Origin: Prasinococcaceae sp. CCMP 1430
Taxonomy: Eukaryota; Plantae; Prasinodermophyta
Length of the DNA: 9,795 nucleotides
NCBI GenBank assembly: GCA_013416795.1
Contig: RQSC01001264.1
Coordinates: 1 to 9,795, forward strand
Direction: 5' to 3'
Part shown: positions 1-7,516 of the stretch, piece by piece
Layout: every line of letters starts with the position of its first letter
Position numbering within the stretch: the stretch's first letter is position 1
The notes under the pieces: generated by a model
Seen by the model: the letters and a program-made list of their open reading frames with translations, nothing else
The model's database searches: none
Told to the model about the DNA's origin: nothing
Position numbers and translations under genes: made by a program

Positions 1-59
1 GGGGGGGGATGGGGGCGTCCGTGGAACCCAACCGGCGCAAAGTAAAAAACGAAGCGTCG

Positions 60-91
60 CGAGGCGAGGCGAGGCGAGGCGAGGGCGAGGC
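60..91. repeat. (GAGGC)n pentanucleotide microsatellite
   Basis: Four perfect GAGGC copies at 61-80, then GAGGGC GAGGC. Confidence 0.9.
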
Positions 92-254
92 ACACCTGGC
101 CAAACTGCCAGAACGGCCGACGGCCTTGATGGGGAGCGCGGGAATTGCCCGTGGGTAGGGCTGGGTGTGGCGTGGAAACTGGCACGCGACGTCTGAATGA
201 TGAAGGCATTGAATTGGTATTCACAAGCATGGGAGAGGCGGCGGCGGCGCCTGC

Positions 255-1669
255 TCAGCGCGCCCCCGCGGGGCTGGCTCGGCCGGCGCGCGGCTCGAAC
301 GGGATGCCGCGCTGCGCCCGCACCCACGCGGCGACCTCGCCCACGGGCGCGACCCACGCGCCGCGCGCGTGCGCCAGGCGCACCATGCGCTGCACCGCCT
401 GGGCCGTCGTGCCCGTGAAGGGGTGGCCGCGCCGGGGGCCCAGCAAGCCGCCCACCCCGTGCAGGCCACCAACATTCAGCACCCAGTGACCACCCGCGTT
501 CAGCCAGCCGCCCGCCTTCTCCGCCATGGCACTGGCCTCCTCGAACAGCGGGAAAACCTCTGCGACCACGTCGGCGCCATCCACATTCAGTCTGTCGATG
601 TGCCTCAGCCCCCGGTCGACGTCCGCAGCCGCTGGCAGAGTGGGATCCAGAATGAACTTGTCCAAGTGCGCGCGCGTATCCTCCCAGCCGTGCAGTTCGG
701 GGTCGTCGGGCATCTTCGAGAACGCGGCACTGAAGTGGCGCGCGACGCGCTCGGTGAAGCACTGCGCTCGTGTGCCCTCCCCGCACACGCATTCACCACA
801 AGGCACCGCCAGCGAGGGCGGGTGGGGTGCCCCGAGGTCGTGCACAATGTTGTGATTCGCGCGGAGCGTGTCGGCCTCGACCTGATTTGCGCGCGCGCGC
901 GTGTTGGTGCAGAGGGGAGGCGATCGGCGTGCGGAGGGGGTCAGTCGTAAAGGACTCGCTCGAACCGAGCCAGGGCGCCGGGACGCCTGCCCATGCGCCA
1001 CGAACCTGGTCGACGGTGTAGTTCTCCAGCTCATTTCCGGCGGTGAGGGCGCCCTTCCTCGCACTGCACGGATGGGAGAACGTGTGATTGCCTATTTCGT
1101 GGCCCCTCTCACTCATCTTTCGCACGGCGAGCATCCACAGGTCGTACCGCAGCACCTCAGTCACGAAGTTCTCCATGCATTCCCACGTGCGCACGCTCAG
1201 CGGCGTGAAGAGCGCGCATACGACCGCATATCTCACGTACAGGTACACGCACGCGTACAGCCACAAGCAGCGCCGCACGCAGCGGTACGCAGCGTCGCCA
1301 CGCGCTGTGCCTAGATGTCGGTGACACCACTCGCGCAGCGGCGGCAGCATGCGCCACACCCCCTTCCCTCGCCGAATCTGGCGCGCGCACCAGCGCGGGG
1401 GAGGACACGGCCCGTCAGCGGCGGGTGTGCAGATATCGGAATGCCGCGCGCGCGCGGGAGGCGGCCCTGGCGCCCTGCCTCGTGCAATGCGCGCACCTCG
1501 CACATGTCCCCAACAATGTAAAACGTTCCCCTCACGCCGCACGCCTCCAGCGCGGGCGCCGCGCCGCGGAAGTTGGCGTACGCCCCACCGTCCCAGCTCA
1601 ACGAGAGCGCCCATCGGCGGCCGGCGGGCCACTCGAACCCGCCGCGGGCGCCGCGGCCGGCCGCGCTCG
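255..1669 (-). CDS. Polysaccharide deacetylase-like protein (NodB homology / CE4 family), spliced, 5'-partial: complement(join(255..881,1006..1377,1497..>1669))
   Basis: The spliced frame gives CE4 motifs in the correct order: ALSLSWDGG (motif 1 variant), ALEACGVRGTFY, GHEIGNHTFSHPCS (HxxxH), NYTVDQ|VEADT, LAVPCG, WVLNVGGLHGVGG and WVAPVGEVA. Both introns are phase 0 and join the frames exactly (exon 2 = 372 nt, exon 3 = 627 nt including TGA at 257-255). There is no in-frame ATG between the N at 1670 and motif 1. Confidence 0.85.
882..1005 (-). other. Spliceosomal intron 2 of the deacetylase gene (124 nt)
   Basis: Minus strand: donor CAG|GTTCGT at 1005, branch point GACTGAC (plus-strand gtcag 940-944), acceptor ATCAG|GTC ending at 882. 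Phase 0, joins NYTVDQ to VEADTLRAN. Confidence 0.85.
1378..1496 (-). other. Spliceosomal intron 1 of the deacetylase gene (119 nt)
   Basis: Minus strand: donor GAG|GTGCGC at 1496, branch point CGCTGAC (plus-strand gtcag 1414-1418), acceptor GCCAG|ATT ending at 1378. Phase 0, restores the frame. Confidence 0.75.
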
Positions 1670-1670
1670 N
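1670..1670. other. Single N, probably a collapsed scaffold gap or contig join
   Basis: Both flanking divergent genes run into this base without a start codon. Confidence 0.6.
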
Positions 1671-1931
1671 AATGGCTGGCAGCTCGTCCTCTCGGGCGGC
1701 GCCAGCCCGCGCGGGCCGAGTGACGCGGTCTTCACGCTCGACCTGGTCGAGATGCGCTGGCGGCGGCGACCGTGCAAGGGCGTGGGCGCGCGCATGGGCC
1801 ACTGTGCGGTCGCGTTGGGCGGCGAAGACGGCGCAGGCGGCGCGGGCGCGGGCGCCCACAGCTTCGGCCCGCGCCGCCTGTTTGCGCTCTTCGGCCACGC
1901 GATGCCCGACTCGGAGGTGCTCGCCCTCGAA
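1671..1931 (+). other. Kelch-repeat (beta-propeller) blades, in frame with separase
   Basis: LVLSGG..(S)DAVFTLDLVEMRW...ARMGHCAVAL...RRLFALFG: GG doublet, hydrophobic-x-D-L..W strand and R-x-GH-x-A motif typical of Kelch blades. Confidence 0.75.
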
Positions 1932-4900
1932 GCGGCGGTGGGTGCCGCCGGCGCGTCCGACGCGACCGCGGCGCTCAGCGCCGACGCGGCCGCGATGTAC
2001 GGCGCGATGAATCCGAGCAGTCACAGGTGCTACGCGGAGGCTATCGACACTATGCTCGCGACGCTGCCGGGCGAAGGAGCGGGCGGCGGCGGGGCCGCGG
2101 TCGAGGGCGTGGCTACACGGGAAGGCGCGCTGGTGAGTGAGTGCGCGTGTGGCGATGGCGAAGGGCCAGCCGATTCTACTGGGGGTGGTGCACGCGGCCC
2201 GATTGACGCGGGCGTCGGCGCGGCGGGCGCCAAGGCTCTCGCGGGCGCGCACGCGGAGTGCGCGGTGGCCGTCGCGCGCGCGGCGCTGGCGAGGGCCAAG
2301 GCGTGTCCAGCGGGCGGGGAAGGTCAGCGCGATGCCGAGCAGCTGCTCGCGTGCGCAGAGACGGCGCTCGACGCAATGACGGCCGTTTGGCCAGCGCTCA
2401 CCGCGGCGCCGCTCGAGCTCGAGTCGCAGCGCTACGCGCTCGTGCGACTACTCGCGGCGAGGAAGCTGCACGCGCGCGCGCTGAGCGCGGGGTCCGATCT
2501 TTATGCAAAGCTCTGCTCGCTGGCGGCCCCCGCTTCCAAGTCCGCCAGGGCCAAAGGCGGGGCTGCTGACGGAAGCGCCGTGTGGGTCGGGTCGCTGCCA
2601 GAACTACTCGCGCCGAACAATCGCCGCGCGACCAAACCTGCGGCGATGGCGACGCTCGTGCTCGGCGCGGCGCTCTGCGTAGCCACGAGCGCCGCAGAGA
2701 CGATCGACGAGGCGCCGGAGGTGTCGCTGGCCGCGCTCGCGTCCCTCGCGCGCGACGGAGAAGCGCTCGCCGAGTGGTTGCTGCTGGGTGCCGGCAGCGA
2801 CGAGGCGGCGGCAAAGAAACACTGGTCCTCGCTGTACCGCTGCATGTACCGCGCCGCCGGGCGCGCGTTGCAGCTCTCGCCCGGGCCGTACGCAGATTTG
2901 GTGGGACGCGTCGGCGCGGGTGCGGTGCGCTCGTGCGGCCGGGCGAGCGAGGAGGCGCAGGTGCCGGCGCTTGCGGCCAAGCTCGCCGCACTCGCCAGCG
3001 GCGAGCACGGGGTGGCGACAACTGTGCTCGAAGCGGCCTTGGAAGCGTTGGTGCCCGTTGGCGACAGGGCGGCGCTGCCGCTGTGCACCATCGCCGACAA
3101 CTACCTGAAGGTTGCACCCGAGCGTGCCAGCGCGTACCTAGCGGGGCAGGCCTCAGCGGCGGAGAAAGCCGCGCCATCGTGCTCGGTGGCGCTCACTGCG
3201 TACGCAGCGGCGGCAGAGTTGGTCGATGCTGGCTCATTAAAGCGCGAGGTGGACTGCGGCGTGCTGACGGCTGGCGCGAGAGCCCTGTCGGGCCAGGCGG
3301 ATACGCCGGCAAGCCTGCGCGCGCTCGACGCCGTGAGACGGAGCGCTTCGAGCCTTGCCGAGCAACACTGGAGCGACGCCATCCAACGAAAGTTTTCACC
3401 TGCCGAGTCGAAGAAGCTCCCAGCTGAGGGTTCCAGCGCTCTCGTTGGCATGCTGTGCTCCCTGGTGAACGGCGTCGTCGAAGCGATTGAGCGCGGCAGG
3501 GGTGGCGACTTGGAGCTGTACGCGACAAAGCTGCGCTCGTCCGCTGCCGCGGGCGCCGTGATTGCCGCGCGGTGTGCACTTGCCGCGGACGTGGCTGAGG
3601 ACGAAGCTGTCGCCGCTCTCGAGAGAATTTGCAACATGCCGGTGGTGAAACTCGGCGTGGACGTTGCGAGCTGGGTGGCGGCCAATGCGTACAATGTGGG
3701 CGCTCAGCTATCCAATGCTAAGCACAGGGCGCGGGCTCTGCCGCTGCTCCGCGCAGCCGCCACCGCAGCGCGAAGCGCGGCTGACGGCAAGCCGGACGAT
3801 GCGACACTCGCGCAGTCCGCTGAGCAGAAGGCCGCGGCAGCATCCGCGTGCGAGGCAAGGGCCGCCGAGGAGACGGGTGGCCTTGACGCTCTCGTGAGCA
3901 GCGCTGTCGATGCCGCGAGTCACGGCGACGTCGTGGCGCTTGCCGCTGCATCCCGGCGGTTCGTCCGCACCTGCCGGAACGACTTCGCGGATGACGCGCG
4001 AGGTGGGGAGGTCCCGCAGCTACACGTGGCCGCTGCAAGCGTCGACGGGTCCTTCAGCGCCGAGCGCCCTTCGAAGGCTTGCTTGGAGCTGCTTTGGCAC
4101 GAGGTGGATGCCTGGGGTGCCAGCAGCTCTCGTGGCAGCGACTCGTGGCGGGAAAGCTGCGATGCAGCGCGACGTGTAGCGTTGAATGTGCTCGCTGGTG
4201 AGACATGCGACTCGACAACCCGCACGCTCGCCTTGTTGCAGCTTGCTGAGGGCGGCCACGTGACGCTCGACGACCACGTCGACGCGCTTGCGACTGAGGA
4301 CGGATTTCCGCCCGAATTGGTGACGGCTGTGGCAGCACTTCGTATGGCCGCTGCGCACCAGCGAGGTAGCGATGACGCGGCTGCGGCGCTGGGAGAACAG
4401 CTCGCCGCTGCGGCGCTGGATGTTGACGAAGGGGTGGGACTTGCTTCCAGGGTGGCCACTGCGGCAGTTCGATCCTGCCTCGTGGCGGCCGATGCGGCGT
4501 ATCTGCGCGGGTGTCCTTTGCAGCAGGCGCTGGCGATTGCGGCGGCGGCTGTGGTAGCTGGCGAAGACGATCAAGCACGCGCCGCGGTAAGTGCAGTGCG
4601 GGCATCACAGGCATCGTCGCTGTTCATCGCAAAAGATGACGGGGACCTGTCTGACTCGGTGGCTCGTGTGCTCGAGGCCGGTCGCGAAGCCATGGAGCGC
4701 GTTCTTAAACTCGCGGACCCCTCGCGGTCCCCATTGGGCTTCGTGGCGCGCTTCGTGGAGGATCCTGCTGCCGAGCCATTCGAATGTATGATGAAGTTGG
4801 AGCCGGCGGTGCAGCTGGCTGCGGCGCAAGCGTGTCATGCCCAAGGATGCGCTGTGGATGCGCAGTTCTGGGCGTCATGCGCATGCGATGCCTTCAAGAA

Positions 4901-7337
4901 GACAGTTGGGGGAACGGCCGCCCTCGCCGACGCCCTCGAGGCGCTGCAGACGCTCGCCGAGACTGCCACCGTCAGTGGGAGCATCGAGGACGCCGAGCGT
5001 GCAGTCAGAGAGTCAAGATCTCTGGCAGAGGCAGCAGGTAGCGCCGCTGCTGCCCACCGCGTTGCCGCCATCGCTGCGCAAATCGCGCTCGCCGCGGCGC
5101 GCGGGCTGCGAGAGGACGCTGAAAGCCTGGCCACTGAGTTGGAGGAGGCAACCGTCTCGCTCCGATCGCCTGTCGTACGGATGGCCAAAGCGTCGACTGC
5201 GCGCGCCCGTGGCGACATGTCCCTTGGCACCAACTGCGGTGGCAGTGGCGCGCTCCTTGCTGCATCGGCGCACTACGACACTGCTGTCGAGTGCCTGGGC
5301 GAGGGCGACGAGGAGCTTGGTCCGGCCAACGATTCTAACTTTGCGTCTGTCGCTGCGTGGCTCTCGATGGGGCGCTCCGCATTCGGCGAACGCTGCCGAT
5401 GCGAAATTGCGAGAGCCAGATTGCAGGTGCTCATGGGTGACGTCGACAGCTCGCGTGTCGCTGTGGCCAACGTGATGACGTCGCTCGCCGCAGCGCCCTG
5501 CCCGGCGAATGCGGTCGTTGCATTGGATGACGGGGCAGACGACAATGCTGCGGCGCTCGTGGGTGCTCCGGTGCCGCGGGTGGCGCCTCTGGAGACCGCG
5601 CAGGCCCTCTACGTCCTCGCATCCATGGAGCTACGCGTTGAGTGCCCTTGTGCTGAGGAAGTGTGGGCTTCGACCCTCGAGGGTGAAGGGGAACAGCCCA
5701 TGTCTAAGGCTGCGCCGAAGGGGCGTGCCCGAGCGACCAAGGCGAAAGGGCGAGTTGGCAAGGCCAAGCTCGACGGGGTGGCACGCGCGCGGCTGTTGCT
5801 AGGCTGCGCCGTGCGTCGTTGCACGCAGGCGCCTTCAGTGCTCCGCTCGGTGTGTGCTGCTCTGGCTGCGGCCTGGAGGCGGCCGAGCGCCTCGTGCGCG
5901 CTCTCAGAGCAGGAGCGCGTTGCCATGGCCGCCGCGGTGCATTTCGCGGCCGTTGGCGCCGCGCCGCGCCAGCAGCATGCGCTCGCACTGCGCGAGAAGC
6001 GCGCGCGCTGCATTGCCGGGGGCAATGAGAGTGTAGCCGCCCTCGCCGGCCTGGAGGGTGCGCTCGCTCTGGACGTCGCATGCATTGCAGGGGCGAATCC
6101 TACCGCTGCCGCCGATTCGCTTGATGCCGCGTTGGAGGGGTTGCCCGAGGATGTGCCGGTTTGCTCTATCAGCCTCTGCAGTGGATCGTCTTCTGCTGGC
6201 GCTGGTTCCGCGGGAGACGATTGCGGCGGAGCCAGGGTGCTTGTCTGCCGCCTGCAGCGCGGCCGCACCCCGCGCTTCACTTCTCTGGCTGCCGGTGCCA
6301 CCGCGCGCCTGGCCGTGGACATCGACGAGCTCATCTCCGAAGCTGTTGAGCACGCACGCGGTGCGCCGGCGTCTACTGCTTCCGCTGCGGCAAAGCGAAA
6401 GTGGTGGGCTGACCGCGTGGGCATGGACAAACGCCTTTCTGCAATGCTCACCGAGCTGACAGGGGAGCACATGGCGAAGCTTCCCGACGTTGTCTTCGGA
6501 GTCGAGGCGAGATCTAATTCTGACGGTGGCGACGGCGAAAATGCTGAGGCGGCGCCCGCAGTGCTCGTTCTGGATGCGCCGCTTGCGCACCTGCCGTGGG
6601 AGTCCACGCCGGCGTTCGCAGACCATCGCATCTACCGCACGCCGTGCCTATCGACTGTGCGCTCCGCGTCGGTGCTGGCGACTGCCGCCACGGGCTCGGA
6701 GGCCGCGGCATTTGTCCCGTCCACGGCCGTGGCCGTCGCCGACGTGGGCCGGGCGTACTACGTGCTTGATCCGGGGGGTGACCTGGCCACGACGCGCGCC
6801 ACGCTCGAGCCGTGGCTCTCCAGCTTGGAGGGCTGGCGAGGGGTGGCGGGTGAAAGCCCACCGCAGCCCGAGGCGCTCGCCAAGGAGCTGCGAGAGGCGG
6901 GATTGTATGCCTACTTCGGCCACGGGGGCGGCGAACAGTACCTCGGCCGGCGCCGTCTGCAGGCGATGCCTGTGGGTAGTGGCGCCGTGCGCGCGGGCGC
7001 CGCGCCGTCGTTGCTGATGGGCTGCTCCAGCGGCGCGCTGCGCCCCAAGGGAGCGCGCAGCGGCATCGAGGCGAGCTCCGGCGGCGCCCTGGCGTACCTC
7101 CTCGCGGGGTGTCCGTCGGCCGTGGCCAACCTCTGGGACGTGACGGACAAGGACATCGACCGTTTCTCGACGGCGCTGCTCAAGGACTGGCTCAAGGCGG
7201 ACGGCGCCGACATGGCAGCGGCGGTGCCCGCCGCGCGCAGCGCCTGCCGCCTGCCGCACCTCATCGGCGCCGCGCCCGTGTGCTACGGCGTGCCCACGGC
7301 GCTCGTGCGGGGCGCGGCCATTCGCTCCGATCACTAG
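1671..7337 (+). CDS. ESP1: Separase (separin, peptidase C50) with an in-frame N-terminal Kelch segment; 5'-partial. First ATG of the separase-like portion is at 1995
   Basis: C-terminal separase signatures: KRKWWADR..MDKRL, LVLDAPLAHLPWES, YYVLDPGGDL, YAYFGHGGGEQY (catalytic His 6921-6923), LLMGCSSG (catalytic Cys 7023-7025), AVANLWDVTDKDIDRF, CRLPHLIGAAPVCYGVP. There is a long Ala/Leu-rich helical N-terminal region. The segment EQLLACAETALDAM..ELESQRYALVRLL resembles the land-plant separase N-terminus as I recall it. Stop TAG at 7335-7337. Confidence 0.95.
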   Translation, partial: NGWQLVLSGGASPRGPSDAVFTLDLVEMRWRRRPCKGVGARMGHCAVALGGEDGAGGAGAGAHSFGPRRLFALFGHAMPDSEVLALEAAVGAAGASDATAALSADAAAMYGAMNPSSHRCYAEAIDTMLATLPGEGAGGGGAAVEGVATREGALVSECACGDGEGPADSTGGGARGPIDAGVGAAGAKALAGAHAECAVAVARAALARAKACPAGGEGQRDAEQLLACAETALDAMTAVWPALTAAPLELESQRYALVRLLAARKLHARALSAGSDLYAKLCSLAAPASKSARAKGGAADGSAVWVGSLPELLAPNNRRATKPAAMATLVLGAALCVATSAAETIDEAPEVSLAALASLARDGEALAEWLLLGAGSDEAAAKKHWSSLYRCMYRAAGRALQLSPGPYADLVGRVGAGAVRSCGRASEEAQVPALAAKLAALASGEHGVATTVLEAALEALVPVGDRAALPLCTIADNYLKVAPERASAYLAGQASAAEKAAPSCSVALTAYAAAAELVDAGSLKREVDCGVLTAGARALSGQADTPASLRALDAVRRSASSLAEQHWSDAIQRKFSPAESKKLPAEGSSALVGMLCSLVNGVVEAIERGRGGDLELYATKLRSSAAAGAVIAARCALAADVAEDEAVAALERICNMPVVKLGVDVASWVAANAYNVGAQLSNAKHRARALPLLRAAATAARSAADGKPDDATLAQSAEQKAAAASACEARAAEETGGLDALVSSAVDAASHGDVVALAAASRRFVRTCRNDFADDARGGEVPQLHVAAASVDGSFSAERPSKACLELLWHEVDAWGASSSRGSDSWRESCDAARRVALNVLAGETCDSTTRTLALLQLAEGGHVTLDDHVDALATEDGFPPELVTAVAALRMAAAHQRGSDDAAAALGEQLAAAALDVDEGVGLASRVATAAVRSCLVAADAAYLRGCPLQQALAIAAAAVVAGEDDQARAAVSAVRASQASSLFIAKDDGDLSDSVARVLEAGREAMERVLKLADPSRSPLGFVARFVEDPAAEPFECMMKLEPAVQLAAAQACHAQGCAVDAQFWASCACDAFKKTVGGTAALADALEALQTLAETATVSGSIEDAERAVRESRSLAEAAGSAAAAHRVAAIAAQIALAAARGLREDAESLATELEEATVSLRSPVVRMAKASTARARGDMSLGTNCGGSGALLAASAHYDTAVECLGEGDEELGPANDSNFASVAAWLSMGRSAFGERCRCEIARARLQVLMGDVDSSRVAVANVMTSLAAAPCPANAVVALDDGADDNAAALVGAPVPRVAPLETAQALYVLASMELRVECPCAEEVWASTLEGEGEQPMSKAAPKGRARATKAKGRVGKAKLDGVARARLLLGCAVRRCTQAPSVLRSVCAALAAAWRRPSASCALSEQERVAMAAAVHFAAVGAAPRQQHALALREKRARCIAGGNESVAALAGLEGALALDVACIAGANPTAAADSLDAALEGLPEDVPVCSISLCSGSSSAGAGSAGDDCGGARVLVCRLQRGRTPRFTSLAAGATARLAVDIDELISEAVEHARGAPASTASAAAKRKWWADRVGMDKRLSAMLTELTGEHMAKLPDVVFGVEARSNSDGGDGENAEAAPAVLVLDAPLAHLPWESTPAFADHRIYRTPCLSTVRSASVLATAATGSEAAAFVPSTAVAVADVGRAYYVLDPGGDLATTRATLEPWLSSLEGWRGVAGESPPQPEALAKELREAGLYAYFGHGGGEQYLGRRRLQAMPVGSGAVRAGAAPSLLMGCSSGALRPKGARSGIEASSGGALAYLLAGCPSAVANLWDVTDKDIDRFSTALLKDWLKADGADMAAAVPAARSACRLPHLIGAAPVCYGVPTALVRGAAIRSDH
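6150..7295 (+). other. Peptidase C50 (caspase-like) catalytic region of separase
   Basis: WW..R motif at 6402-6407, FGHG His at 6921, MGCSS Cys at 7023, NLWDVTD motif. Boundaries are approximate. Confidence 0.9.
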
Positions 7338-7399
7338 CCCCCCGCCTCCGCCCCGCTCCCCCGAGCGCGTCGCCCACGGCACTCCCCGCGCGCCCGCGC

Positions 7400-7496
7400 N
7401 NNNNNNNNNNNNNNNNNNNNNNNNNNNNNNNNNNNNNNNNNNNNNNNNNNNNNNNNNNNNNNNNNNNNNNNNNNNNNNNNNNNNNNNNNNNNNNNN
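7400..7496. other. Assembly gap (97 N) flanked by (GC)n-rich sequence
   Basis: Run of N from 7400 to 7496, seen directly. Confidence 0.99.
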
Positions 7497-7516
7497 CGCG
7501 GCGCGGCGCGCGCGCG

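Noticed and set aside
60-91. CRISPR-like or transposon-end interpretation of the short repeats
   Set aside because: These are simple microsatellites with no spacers, terminal inverted repeats, target-site duplications or transposase.
1425-1669. N-terminal 82 codons of the 1970-aa ORF (GTG start at 1425)
   Set aside because: It lies antisense to deacetylase exon 1 and intron 1 and crosses the N. The translation is not protein-like.
1311-2252. 313-aa minus-strand ORF as a full gene
   Set aside because: Only 1497-1669 is deacetylase exon. The portion above 1670 is the antisense shadow of Kelch/separase, and the portion below 1497 is intron or out of frame.
5895-5920. Separase autocleavage site at SEQER
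   Set aside because: It has ExxR but lacks the acidic/Ser P6 residue and sits in a predicted helical segment. ExxR occurs often by chance.
2000-7300. Numerous overlapping 60-450 aa ORFs on both strands within separase
   Set aside because: These are Arg/Ala/Pro-rich shadow frames expected in high-GC coding DNA, with no recognisable motifs.
7109-7516. Upstream extension of the 488-aa ORF across the N gap
   Set aside because: It overlaps the separase 3' end in another frame and depends on an arbitrary gap length.
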